Shown here in pieces: positions 9,439-17,639 of a stretch of 36,712 bases of DNA (the first letter of the stretch is position 1; every line of letters starts with the position of its first letter). Below the pieces are notes generated by a model that saw only the letters and a program-made list of their open reading frames with translations, was not told the origin of the DNA and made no database searches. This stretch comes from a virus (Duplodnaviria; Caudoviricetes), in IMG/VR virus record IMGVR_UViG_3300020045_001971, positions 1-36,712 of that record; one strand, written 5' to 3'. A program made the position numbers and the translations under genes.

Positions 9439-10317
9439 ATGCCTAGATCCGGTGGAACATACTCGCTGCCAACAAACAGTTGGAACCCAGCAATAGCTGG
9501 CACGCTTGCAACGACTGCCGATTATCAGGCGCTTGTTGACGACATTGCTGCCGCCCTGACTCAATCGGTCAGCAAAGACGGCCAAACGGTCATGACTGGT
9601 TCGCTCAACATGGGCGGCTTCAATCTGACCAACGTTGCGTCTGCTGCGATCACTGCTATCACTGGCTCGCCAACGATTGCATCGCCTACCTTGACTGGCA
9701 CGCCACTTGCCCCGACTGCTGCGCCTGGAACTAACACGACTCAAGTCGCCACAACGGCTTATGTTCGCACTGAACTGGGCTCCTACGCCACCATCAACAG
9801 TCCGACTTTTACGGGCACTGTAACGATACCAAGTGGGGCTAGCATTGCTGGATATGCGCCACTTCTTAGCCCTGCTTTGACTGGTACGCCTACGGCTCCG
9901 ACTGCGACTGTAGGAACAAACACGACTCAGATTGCCACGACTGCATTTGTCAATGCTACGTCTTTTGCTTCGTCACTGCCTGGACAAACTGGAAACGCAC
10001 GCAAGTTCGTTACTACTGACGGCACAAATGCCACATGGTCGCACATTTTTGGAACTCCTAGCCTGATTAACACCAACACCAATGCAGTTGCTGGAACGGC
10101 TTATGTGCTTACGGCGTCGCTAACTTTGACATTGCCAACGCCCCCAACTTCCGGTGATATTGTTACGGCTATTAACCGCAGTGGAACAATAACACCTGTT
10201 ATTGGACGTAATGGTCAAAATATTATGGGGCTGGCAGAAGACTTAACGCTTGATTCTTCTAATGCGCCAATCACCTTGATTTTTGCAGACGCTACACGCG
10301 GCTGGGTACTGATTTGA
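9439..10317 (+). CDS. Tail fibre protein (proximal)
   Basis: MPRSGGTYSLP..DIAAALTQS anchor; SPxLTGTPxAPTA..TNTTQxATTAxV fibre repeats; C-terminal TLTLP..GWVL domain. Confidence 0.85.
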   Translation: MPRSGGTYSLPTNSWNPAIAGTLATTADYQALVDDIAAALTQSVSKDGQTVMTGSLNMGGFNLTNVASAAITAITGSPTIASPTLTGTPLAPTAAPGTNTTQVATTAYVRTELGSYATINSPTFTGTVTIPSGASIAGYAPLLSPALTGTPTAPTATVGTNTTQIATTAFVNATSFASSLPGQTGNARKFVTTDGTNATWSHIFGTPSLINTNTNAVAGTAYVLTASLTLTLPTPPTSGDIVTAINRSGTITPVIGRNGQNIMGLAEDLTLDSSNAPITLIFADATRGWVLI

Positions 10318-10327
10318 AAGGTAGCAC

Positions 10328-11119
10328 ATGAGCAATTTGTCTCAATTTTTTAGCGGCAGCAGCGGCGTTTATCAACAGGTTGCATTGACTTCATCTGGGT
10401 CGTTTACTTGTCCGGTTGCAGGTCAATACCTTGTTACGGCAATCGGTGGCGGCGCGGGTGGATTGAACACAGGCCGTGGAGGTGGTGCAGGCGGCATTTC
10501 CCAAACTCTTATAACGCTACCAGCAAGTACCGTAATTAGTTTTACTGTGGGAGCTGGTGGCGCCGCAAACGGTGGCGCGGGTACGGCAACTACAGTGACG
10601 GCAACAGGTTTGAGCTTGACAGCAAACGGCGGCACCACAACGGCTGGAGGTACCGCATCTGGTGGTAACGTGATGAACGTTACTGGTGGCGCTTCAGCAA
10701 ACTCTACCGGCAGCGGCGGCGGTGCGGTTGGCGTTTATGGCGTTGCTTATGCCAGCACAAGCACTGGCGGCGCAGGTGTTGGAGGCACTGGGAATTCATC
10801 CAATGGCGGCGGTGCTTTTGGTCCAGCATCTGCATCGGCTGGTGGCGCAGGTTTGGGCCTTTCAAGTACAGCCCCAACATTTTCTATTCCGTTTGGCGCA
10901 GGACGTTTGCTAGCTCCTTTGGGCCGTGGTGGCAACAACTCAATTGCCGGAGAGGCTGGCGGCGGAGGCGGTGCCGCTGGCGGGGCAGGTGGCTTGTTTG
11001 CTGGCGGTGGTACTACTGGAGCAGGTGGGCTTTTTGGTGGAGGCGGTGGCGGCGCATCTGGTGGCACTGGTGGCGTCGGTGGTGGTGGCGGCGTCATCAT
11101 TGAATTCTTTTTGAAGTGA
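10328..11119 (+). CDS. Glycine-rich tail fibre tip / receptor-binding protein
   Basis: 263 aa; SGSFTCP, VTAIGGGAGG, TVGAGG and GGGGVIIE motifs of phage polyglycine domains. Confidence 0.75.
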   Translation: MSNLSQFFSGSSGVYQQVALTSSGSFTCPVAGQYLVTAIGGGAGGLNTGRGGGAGGISQTLITLPASTVISFTVGAGGAANGGAGTATTVTATGLSLTANGGTTTAGGTASGGNVMNVTGGASANSTGSGGGAVGVYGVAYASTSTGGAGVGGTGNSSNGGGAFGPASASAGGAGLGLSSTAPTFSIPFGAGRLLAPLGRGGNNSIAGEAGGGGGAAGGAGGLFAGGGTTGAGGLFGGGGGGASGGTGGVGGGGGVIIEFFLK

Positions 11120-11126
11120 GGCCAGC

Positions 11127-11498
11127 ATGGTTTATGAAATTCTTGATGCGCAAGGCAATGTCATTGCTGCAATTGTTGCTGATCTTGCATACATGCAAGC
11201 CAACTATCCAGAAGGTAACTACAGGGAGCGCCAAGATTCTTCTGCGACACCAGAACGTCGTTATATTTTTGTTGGGTCTTTTTTTGATCGTTTTGGTCAG
11301 CATAAGTGGCCGATCCTTGCTGATGCAAATCCAATGGTTCAAGCATTGGTAAAGGATTGTCAAGTTCGCCGGTATATTGACCTAGATAATCCTGAGTTGC
11401 CTTATGGTTTGCAAATGCTGGTTGATTCCGGCCATGCAATCGATCCTAATGCTGTCATCAACGCACCCATTACGGAGTCTGAGCGGTGGGTTGGATAA
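11127..11498 (+). CDS. Tail-fibre-associated hypothetical protein (possible chaperone)
   Basis: 123 aa, GAGG RBS, immediately after the Gly-rich gene. Confidence 0.55.
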   Translation: MVYEILDAQGNVIAAIVADLAYMQANYPEGNYRERQDSSATPERRYIFVGSFFDRFGQHKWPILADANPMVQALVKDCQVRRYIDLDNPELPYGLQMLVDSGHAIDPNAVINAPITESERWVG

Positions 11499-11737
11499 TT
11501 CAAGTCCTCATTGCCATAGATCAGTTGGCTAACGCCCTGATTCCTGGCGGTTGGGCTGATGAAACCTTGTCTAGCCGCGCCCATCGGATGCGTGAAAAAA
11601 AGCAACCTGTGTGGGGTTGGACTGCAAACGCGATTGACAAGCTGTTTTTTTGGCAAGAAGCCCACTGCAAACAGTCGTATCTTGATGAGGTGGGGCGTCG
11701 TCAATCTCCTCCCGAACAACGTGGTTGGAATTTGTGA
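11486..11737 (+). CDS. Conserved phage hypothetical protein
   Basis: LIAIDQLANA..GGWADETLSSRA..HC motif, often seen between tail and lysis genes; GTG start after GGAG. Confidence 0.7.
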   Translation: MGWIIQVLIAIDQLANALIPGGWADETLSSRAHRMREKKQPVWGWTANAIDKLFFWQEAHCKQSYLDEVGRRQSPPEQRGWNL

Positions 11738-11776
11738 ATCCGGCGATAATAGAAACAGCAGATTAAGGGGTAAATC

Positions 11777-12316
11777 ATGGCAACGACAGTACCGAACTTC
11801 ACCAAGCCTATCGGCCAAGAAAGTGCCGACCAACGTCTGGCGCGTATGCAAGCCGAACAGGCGCAGCGTCAAGTTGACCGCATGAACGCCCGTGCGGGGA
11901 CTGCGTTGCAAGGTACGTACATTGCTCCGCAATCCTCGCAGCAGTTTGTGCAAGCCCGTGCAGCAGGCCAGACTCCGGCCTCCCCAGGCTATGCTGTGGG
12001 CCAGATCAATCAACCGCTGATTAACGCCATTTCTGACGGTGGGCAGTTTGCTACTGCTGTTCGCCCGGTGGATCAGTATTTTCCGATGAATGGCGCAAAG
12101 CCTCCGGCATACAACCCACCTCCCCCGCCTGCTATGCCTGCCCCCGCACCGGCTCCGCTTGGCTCTGGCATGGCTGGTGTTGTCGCTAACCCTGCTACCC
12201 CGTCTACTCCGGCTATCGTTGATGCGCTGCGCCAAAAACCACAGCGTTTTGCAGGCTTTGGCATGGGTACACCTGCTGCCAATCCGCAGAAAAAGCCCAC
12301 CGGTTCTTTGTTCTGA
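11777..12316 (+). CDS. Low-complexity P/A/Q/G-rich hypothetical protein
   Basis: 179 aa, AAGGGG RBS, phage-like codon usage. Confidence 0.65.
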   Translation: MATTVPNFTKPIGQESADQRLARMQAEQAQRQVDRMNARAGTALQGTYIAPQSSQQFVQARAAGQTPASPGYAVGQINQPLINAISDGGQFATAVRPVDQYFPMNGAKPPAYNPPPPPAMPAPAPAPLGSGMAGVVANPATPSTPAIVDALRQKPQRFAGFGMGTPAANPQKKPTGSLF

Positions 12317-12329
12317 TTGCCCTATAACA

Positions 12330-12641
12330 ATGACGATTGAAACCGATCAACTACAACGCGCCGCATCATCTCCGTTTGCCGTTGGGCTGATTGGTAGTTT
12401 GATCGCGCTTAGAGCTACCCCAGGTATTACTTGGGTTGAACGTATCACAAACGTGGTTAGTGGTACTTTGATGGCTGGGATGCTCAGTCCTGCTATCGCT
12501 GAGTATTTCGGCTTACACAGCGCCAACATGCAAGGCGCTACTGCATTTGTCGTGGGTCTGTTTGGCCTCAACATTACAGCCACCGTATTCCAATGGATAC
12601 GGGATATGAAGTTAGGCGACCTTCTGCCCTGGCGCAAATAA
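12330..12641 (+). CDS. Putative holin
   Basis: 103 aa from ATG 12330; three hydrophobic segments, basic C-terminus; start of lysis cassette. Confidence 0.7.
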   Translation: MTIETDQLQRAASSPFAVGLIGSLIALRATPGITWVERITNVVSGTLMAGMLSPAIAEYFGLHSANMQGATAFVVGLFGLNITATVFQWIRDMKLGDLLPWRK

Positions 12642-12970
12642 TGGGCACCATCATGGACAATTGGCACATCATGAACGGCGTGATTTCCTTGATGGGGGTG
12701 TTTGCCCTGTCGTGGGTCGTCCTACACCCAAAAATCCATGAGGGGGTCGTCATCAAGCTAGGTCTTGTAATGATGATCTTCAGTTTGGCGGCAACTGCAA
12801 TACTCACGTTGACTGAAACAGAGAATTGGACAGCTCTATGGCGTGCTGGCTTTGCCTTGCGCCTTGGTCTGTTCCTCGCTGGGTGTGGTGTTATTTGGCG
12901 GGCATACGGCATCTACTGGATGATTAAGATACCCAAGCGCCGTTCAACTGATTGGGCCAAGTTCAAATGA
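12641..12970 (+). CDS. Second lysis membrane protein (holin or antiholin)
   Basis: 109 aa, TAATG coupling, three hydrophobic segments, KRR tail. Confidence 0.6.
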   Translation: MGTIMDNWHIMNGVISLMGVFALSWVVLHPKIHEGVVIKLGLVMMIFSLAATAILTLTETENWTALWRAGFALRLGLFLAGCGVIWRAYGIYWMIKIPKRRSTDWAKFK

Positions 12971-13449
12971 CCATGCTGAAAACCATCAGCGATACAGCGA
13001 TTGAACCAGCTTTGGACCTACTGCCGTCTAGGATGGACTCGGCAGAGGCAAGGGTCATGTTGTTGGCGATTGGTTTGCAAGAATCTCGGTTTCTGCACCG
13101 TAAGCAGATCAAAGGTCCGGCTCGGGGCTTCTGGCAGTTTGAGCGTGGCGGTGGTGTTGTAGGAGTACTCAACCACGCGTCTACCGCTCATCACGCAAAC
13201 CTGATCTGCCAAGCCCGAGGCGTCGAGCCCATGTCTACCGACGTTTACATGGCGCTTGAACGGGACGATGTTTTGGCGGCGTCGTTTGCGCGTCTTTTGC
13301 TGTGGACGGACCCTTACCCTATCCCGACTGAAAAAGACGCGGCATGGGACTTGTATGAGCGTACATGGCGCCCTGGACGCCCGCATAGGTCTAGTTGGGA
13401 TGCGTTTTTTGAACAAGCACAAGAGTTCGTGATTGGGGGTGATCTATGA
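12967..13449 (+). CDS. Endolysin, lysozyme / lytic transglycosylase-like fold
   Basis: AIGLQES catalytic-Glu motif and ARGFWQFE; ATGA overlap with upstream gene. Confidence 0.8.
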   Translation: MTMLKTISDTAIEPALDLLPSRMDSAEARVMLLAIGLQESRFLHRKQIKGPARGFWQFERGGGVVGVLNHASTAHHANLICQARGVEPMSTDVYMALERDDVLAASFARLLLWTDPYPIPTEKDAAWDLYERTWRPGRPHRSSWDAFFEQAQEFVIGGDL

Positions 13450-14462
13450 ATGGGCTTCTTGGATTCCTCCAATCGGCCAGCAACACAGCAGCCAACACCG
13501 TATCCGGCCCGGTTGACCTGATTGCGGCTGGCCTGCGCAAAGTTGGCGTGCCGGTCCCAGAAGACCCGGTTGCGGGTGCTAACTGGATGAAGCATCACGG
13601 CTTGCTACGTGATGTGCCTGACGGTCCGGCCAAGGTGCTTGGCGAGACTGCGGGCATGTTGACCCCTGCCCTTGCTATGCAATACGCACCTCAGATTGCA
13701 TCGGTAGCCAACAAGGCTATCTCTAATGCAATGGCTCCTACCACTGCAAACAAGGAATTAGGCGCTATTGTGTGGCACGGTTCGCCTCACAAGTTTGACC
13801 GATTTGATTCCAGCAAGATCGGAACGGGTGAAGGTGCGCAGGCTTATGGGCATGGGTTGTATTTGGCTGAATCGCCGGATGTGGCAAAAAGCTATATACC
13901 TAAAACAGCAGATGGTGCGGCTCCAACTCCTGATGGGCTGCGTCAATCTATTCAAACAATGCGAACAAGATTGGCTGATGCTGAAAAAAATGGTGGCTAC
14001 TCTCCAGCCGTTATGGATAGGCTGCGCAAGACCATCGCTGATCTTGAGTCTTCAGACTTGAGCGCCCGCGCTCCGTCTCTCTACAAAGTAGACCTTCCTG
14101 ACGAAGCCATTGCCAAAATGCTGGATTGGGATAAGCCAATGTCAAAGCAAAATGCAGCAGTCAAAAAGGCTTGGCAGGAAAGCAAGAAAATGCTTCCGCC
14201 GAATGCGCTTGATGATCTTGGCGGCGATTTGTCTTTAATGTACGGTCCTAATGTCCGACCTCAAGATTTTCTAAACACATGGGAATCATTGGGGCAACGT
14301 GCTGGTGGTGAGGCTGCTTTGCAAAAAGCAGGCATCCCCGGAATACGTTATCTAGACGCTAACAGTCGTGGCGCAGGATCAGGCACAAGCAACTTTGTCG
14401 TGTTCCCTGGCAATGAAAGTATCTTGAGCATCCTTGAGCGCAACAGTCAAGCGCTGAAATAA
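13446..14462 (+). CDS. ART-PolyVal-like ADP-ribosyltransferase domain protein
   Basis: VWHGSPHKFDRFDSSKIGTGEGAQAYGHGLYLAE..AKSY, LYKVDLP, GIPGIRYLD, NFVVF. Confidence 0.7.
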   Translation: MNGLLGFLQSASNTAANTVSGPVDLIAAGLRKVGVPVPEDPVAGANWMKHHGLLRDVPDGPAKVLGETAGMLTPALAMQYAPQIASVANKAISNAMAPTTANKELGAIVWHGSPHKFDRFDSSKIGTGEGAQAYGHGLYLAESPDVAKSYIPKTADGAAPTPDGLRQSIQTMRTRLADAEKNGGYSPAVMDRLRKTIADLESSDLSARAPSLYKVDLPDEAIAKMLDWDKPMSKQNAAVKKAWQESKKMLPPNALDDLGGDLSLMYGPNVRPQDFLNTWESLGQRAGGEAALQKAGIPGIRYLDANSRGAGSGTSNFVVFPGNESILSILERNSQALK

Positions 14463-14815
14463 TGCTATATCACTACGCAGCAATCGCTCTAGTCGCTGTA
14501 GGCGTTGGGTTTGCTGGTGGCTGGACCGCTCAAAATTGGCGCTATGGGGCGATTGAAGCTAAAAGGCTATCAGCCATAGCAGAGGCTGAGAAAAAGCGCG
14601 ACAAGGCCAGCTACGGGGCTTCCGTGACGTTTGAGAAAGGTAGGACTCAAGTTGAAACCAGATATCAAACCATCACAGAGACAATCGAAAAGATTGTGGA
14701 CCGCCCCATTTATCGCAATGTGTGTCTTGACCCTGACGGCGTGCAAGCCATCCGCAACGCTGCCGCTGAAACCGCCACCCCCGAACCTAGCCGAACCGTG
14801 CCCACCCCTGACTGA
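14462..14815 (+). CDS. Inner-membrane spanin (Rz-like)
   Basis: N-terminal TM helix, GWTAQNWR, periplasmic coiled coil, C-terminal Cys. Confidence 0.8.
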   Translation: MLYHYAAIALVAVGVGFAGGWTAQNWRYGAIEAKRLSAIAEAEKKRDKASYGASVTFEKGRTQVETRYQTITETIEKIVDRPIYRNVCLDPDGVQAIRNAAAETATPEPSRTVPTPD

Positions 14816-14927
14816 AATCAAGGATGGGCAGGCTGGTACAGTGCTTAGATGGTCTGTCGCAACTGCAAAGGCTTACCGGCTTTGCCAACTGAAACACCGT
14901 GGTTTAGTTGACGCTTGGCCGCAATAG
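14694..14927 (+). CDS. Outer-membrane spanin (Rz1-like lipoprotein); start uncertain (14631, 14694 or 14718)
   Basis: Lipobox LTAC, PPPPNLAEPCP, YRLCQLKH; overlaps the 3' end of the i-spanin in another frame. Confidence 0.8.
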   Translation: MWTAPFIAMCVLTLTACKPSATLPLKPPPPNLAEPCPPLTEIKDGQAGTVLRWSVATAKAYRLCQLKHRGLVDAWPQ

Positions 14928-15045
14928 TCTCTAAAGTCGTGAATCGGTGAAGGTTGGCGCATTCGTAGCGCCTGCTTTTTGACCCGTCCTGGCGCGTTCT
15001 TGTTTCTAGAACGCTTGTCCATGCTCCGCATTCAGGACAGTTCAA
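14845..15045 (-). CDS. Stand-alone NrdR-N-like / Ogr-like zinc ribbon protein
   Basis: CPECG..TSVLETR..RRYECANLHRFTTLE; TTG start with AAGGAG upstream. Confidence 0.7.
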   Translation of the reverse strand: MNCPECGAWTSVLETRTRQDGSKSRRYECANLHRFTTLETIAAKRQLNHGVSVGKAGKPLQLRQTI

Positions 15046-15644
15046 TCTCTGGCTCCTTCCTTGTTCATTGCTGCGCTTGGTGCGGGTGGTAGTGGCTTCC
15101 AGTGGGTGGCACCTTTTACATAGCTGTCAACTGGGCCGTTCCAGTCGTAATCTGACTGATAGACGATTCCACTGTCGCCCGGCTCATATGTTGCACGCCC
15201 CCAAAAACAACCAGGGTACCGCTCGCCGTTGGCCCAAACATCAAACTGAGTGACGCCGTGATCCTTCGGCGCTGTCTCAATCGGCCTCCACTCCGCATCC
15301 TTACGCAGCGCCTGTACCTCTGCCTCAAGCTCTGCCACCCGCTTCATAATCGGTACAGGTTCACCATGCTTTTCAATAAAGCGGGCCAGTGATTCATTCC
15401 CTATTGCTTCTCGCATCTGTCGGCCTAATGCTGCATCTGCCTCAAGCTCTGCAATGCGGGACTGCTGGCGCTGGGTGGCGGCTTGCATAGTGGTTATGCA
15501 GTTGGCGGCTTGCCATGCCCCCCATTTTTGCTGGGTGGCCATGAGCTTGTACCCGTCCCCCAATCGCTCGATGCATTGCGGGTATGCGCCGTTGTCGCTG
15601 GCCCACGCCTCAAACGCCTCACGATCTGTGTCTGTCATGTTCAA
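15042..15644 (-). CDS. Mosaic hypothetical protein with DUF551-like C-terminus
   Basis: REAFEAW start; WRPIETAPKD and THWKPLPPAP. Confidence 0.75.
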   Translation of the reverse strand: MNMTDTDREAFEAWASDNGAYPQCIERLGDGYKLMATQQKWGAWQAANCITTMQAATQRQQSRIAELEADAALGRQMREAIGNESLARFIEKHGEPVPIMKRVAELEAEVQALRKDAEWRPIETAPKDHGVTQFDVWANGERYPGCFWGRATYEPGDSGIVYQSDYDWNGPVDSYVKGATHWKPLPPAPSAAMNKEGARD

Positions 15645-15907
15645 TTTCCTTCAATGACGCTGCTGTCATGTATAGGTTTTGGCTGATTTTGTGCATGAGC
15701 GCGTATGGCGGTGGCGCATTCAAAAAGGCAGTCTGCCTCTGCTGCGTGGTCCGCAAACAAGCCTTTGTCGTATGCAATCTCCGCAGCCCTCTCTATGCCT
15801 GCTTTAAATGCAATGGTGTAAAAGCGGGAAAGCTCCTGCTGATGGTTGAAGGCGGCGCGGTCAATGAACCCGGCGTCCTTGGCTGCTTTGATGATGTGGT
15901 CATCCAT
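15641..15907 (-). CDS. Hypothetical protein
   Basis: 88 aa from MDDHII, AGGAG RBS, CATAIR motif. Confidence 0.7.
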   Translation of the reverse strand: MDDHIIKAAKDAGFIDRAAFNHQQELSRFYTIAFKAGIERAAEIAYDKGLFADHAAEADCLFECATAIRAHAQNQPKPIHDSSVIEGN

Positions 15908-16154
15908 TGGTGGACTCCTTGAGTGAGCGGATGGCGGTGGCAATCTCTTCTTTTGCCGTTGGCCCAATCCAATATGGAAACGCCTTGACAGTACTTATCG
16001 CATCCTCCAGCCCCTGCCGGTAGATGGCTTGGGCGAAGTCTTGCAGCGGCTGCGGACTAAAGCCCATCGCAGTTTCGCTGGGGAAGTGCCGGTTGACGTA
16101 AGGTGTGCCGCCCGCCTCTTTGGCAAGCTGGATCACTTTGTCTTTGTCGATCAT
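15900..16154 (-). CDS. Hypothetical protein
   Basis: 84 aa, GGAG RBS, coupled overlap. Confidence 0.7.
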   Translation of the reverse strand: MIDKDKVIQLAKEAGGTPYVNRHFPSETAMGFSPQPLQDFAQAIYRQGLEDAISTVKAFPYWIGPTAKEEIATAIRSLKESTNG

Positions 16155-16423
16155 GTCTTGCTCCCTATCCCATGAAAAGCCTCGGCAGCGCGGATGCCGT
16201 CAAAGAAATCCCACATATCGCCTGCCCCGAACTCTGCAAGCACATCAACTCGCTGCGCGTGAGTCATCGGCACCCGCTTTGCCCGGTCTGCTGCGATCAC
16301 AGCGCGGGCGAAGGCCAAGGCGTCACCCTGAGTAAGCCATACCATCGGCACTGGATTTTTGCCTTTGAATGTCACAGTTGGCAGCAATTCCTTTAGTTGC
16401 TCGTCGCTCAGTTCTTGGCTCAT
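16151..16423 (-). CDS. Hypothetical protein
   Basis: 90 aa from MSQELSDEQL; FARAV and AEAFHGI motifs; ATGA coupling. Confidence 0.7.
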   Translation of the reverse strand: MSQELSDEQLKELLPTVTFKGKNPVPMVWLTQGDALAFARAVIAADRAKRVPMTHAQRVDVLAEFGAGDMWDFFDGIRAAEAFHGIGSKT

Positions 16424-16758
16424 GTCTTGCTCCATTTGGCGATCAGCGCGGCTTCGATAGCGCGGGCGAACATGCGTGACCCGATCAGCATTTGATTCAT
16501 GCCACGCTGCACCTCTTCAATCTCCGCATCACTCAGCCTCGGCACCTCCACCGATGTGACGGGCGCTGGCTGGGTGCGGCGGTTCCATTCGGTGATTGCG
16601 TCACCGTGCCACTCGTTGTCGTGGGGCCAGTTGCGCCTGACCTCGCCGCATGAAGCGCCACAGGCAGAACACGACGCGATGCCCCAACGGAAGGTGCTGC
16701 CATCTTGGAAGTCGAGGCCAACGTGCCCGCAGAATGGGCAGGGTAGCGGTTCACTCAT
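16420..16758 (-). CDS. Lar-family restriction alleviation-like protein
   Basis: LPCPFCG..CSACGAS..AITEWNRR; AAGGAG RBS. Confidence 0.75.
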   Translation of the reverse strand: MSEPLPCPFCGHVGLDFQDGSTFRWGIASCSACGASCGEVRRNWPHDNEWHGDAITEWNRRTQPAPVTSVEVPRLSDAEIEEVQRGMNQMLIGSRMFARAIEAALIAKWSKT

Positions 16759-17639
16759 TTGCTCTGCTCCTTCGGTTGCGGGGCTGCTGCGATGTACGGA
16801 TTGACAGGTTCCTTTGGCGGGTTGCCGTAGTCGTTGTCCTCCCAGAACTGCTGAGCGCTGCTGCGCCATGAATCACCGGCCCTGAAACCTTCTTGCCACG
16901 CTTTGGCTGCATCCTGCGGCACCGCCTCGGCCTGCTCGGTCAGCAGTTTTTTCAGCCCAAGGAACAAGTGAGGGAACACAAGCTGCGGTGCTGTCCGGCA
17001 GTTTTCAGCGATCTCGATTGCGATTGGTTGCGCCACCTCCGTTATTCGCTCGGTCGTCCAGACTGGCACCGCCTCGGCCTGCTTGTGTGCGGCTTCTGCT
17101 GCCCGCACAGCCCTCTGAACCGCCGGGGCGTCGTTTACTCCCTGGCAGTGCTTCAGGTTGTCTTCCATATTGGAAAGCGCCTCCTTTGGGTCGCTGATGC
17201 CGTCCACAATGTTGCGCAGCCATTGCAGTCCGTTTGTCGCCATGTCAGCCCATTCATTTGCTGAGTGGCGCAGAGCATTCCAATCAGGCACCGCCTCGGC
17301 CTGCGCCTGCTCAACCCACGATGCATCGCAGAAAGGGCAGGTGCGCCCAATGTCGGGTGGCCTTGCGTCGGTCGGCTGCGCCTGCTGTGCTGGTGGGGCG
17401 GCTCGGGCCATGAAATCGTCAATGGACTCTTTTGACAAATAGACACCCTTATCTGCGAGGAATCGTGTCAGCGTTTCGCGCAAGCCCACCGGCTCCCGCA
17501 TCGCCTGCTCCAGCGCGTCGAGGGCGTCGAGGGCTTCGGGCGTCCAGATAGTGATCTGCTCAACGAAGTCGGATTGCTCAGAGCAAAGCCCTTGCAGGCT
17601 CTCAAGCGCCTCGCGGATGGTCTTCAGGTGGTCAGTCAT
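16755..17639 (-). CDS. Modular (Ead/Ea22-like) hypothetical protein
   Basis: 294 aa; three QAEAVP linkers; AAPQPKE end. Confidence 0.7.
   Translation of the reverse strand: MTDHLKTIREALESLQGLCSEQSDFVEQITIWTPEALDALDALEQAMREPVGLRETLTRFLADKGVYLSKESIDDFMARAAPPAQQAQPTDARPPDIGRTCPFCDASWVEQAQAEAVPDWNALRHSANEWADMATNGLQWLRNIVDGISDPKEALSNMEDNLKHCQGVNDAPAVQRAVRAAEAAHKQAEAVPVWTTERITEVAQPIAIEIAENCRTAPQLVFPHLFLGLKKLLTEQAEAVPQDAAKAWQEGFRAGDSWRSSAQQFWEDNDYGNPPKEPVNPYIAAAPQPKEQSK
16918..17304. repeat. Three identical 18-bp repeats GGCACCGCCTCGGCCTGC
   Basis: Copies at 16918-16935, 17065-17082, 17287-17304. Confidence 0.9.

Noticed and set aside
9439-11119. Diversity-generating retroelement or invertible tail-fibre switch
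   Set aside because: No reverse transcriptase, no adenine-mismatched repeat pair, no invertase seen
10328-11119. Collagen-like or PE-PGRS protein
   Set aside because: No sustained Gly-X-Y period and no PE domain; motifs fit phage glycine-rich tail domains
12090-12329. N-terminal extension of the holin in the ORF track
   Set aside because: Overlaps the 11777 gene out of frame; the hydrophobic domain starts at ATG 12330
16918-17304. CRISPR mini-array
   Set aside because: Repeats only 18 bp, spacers long and unequal, all in frame inside a CDS, no cas genes
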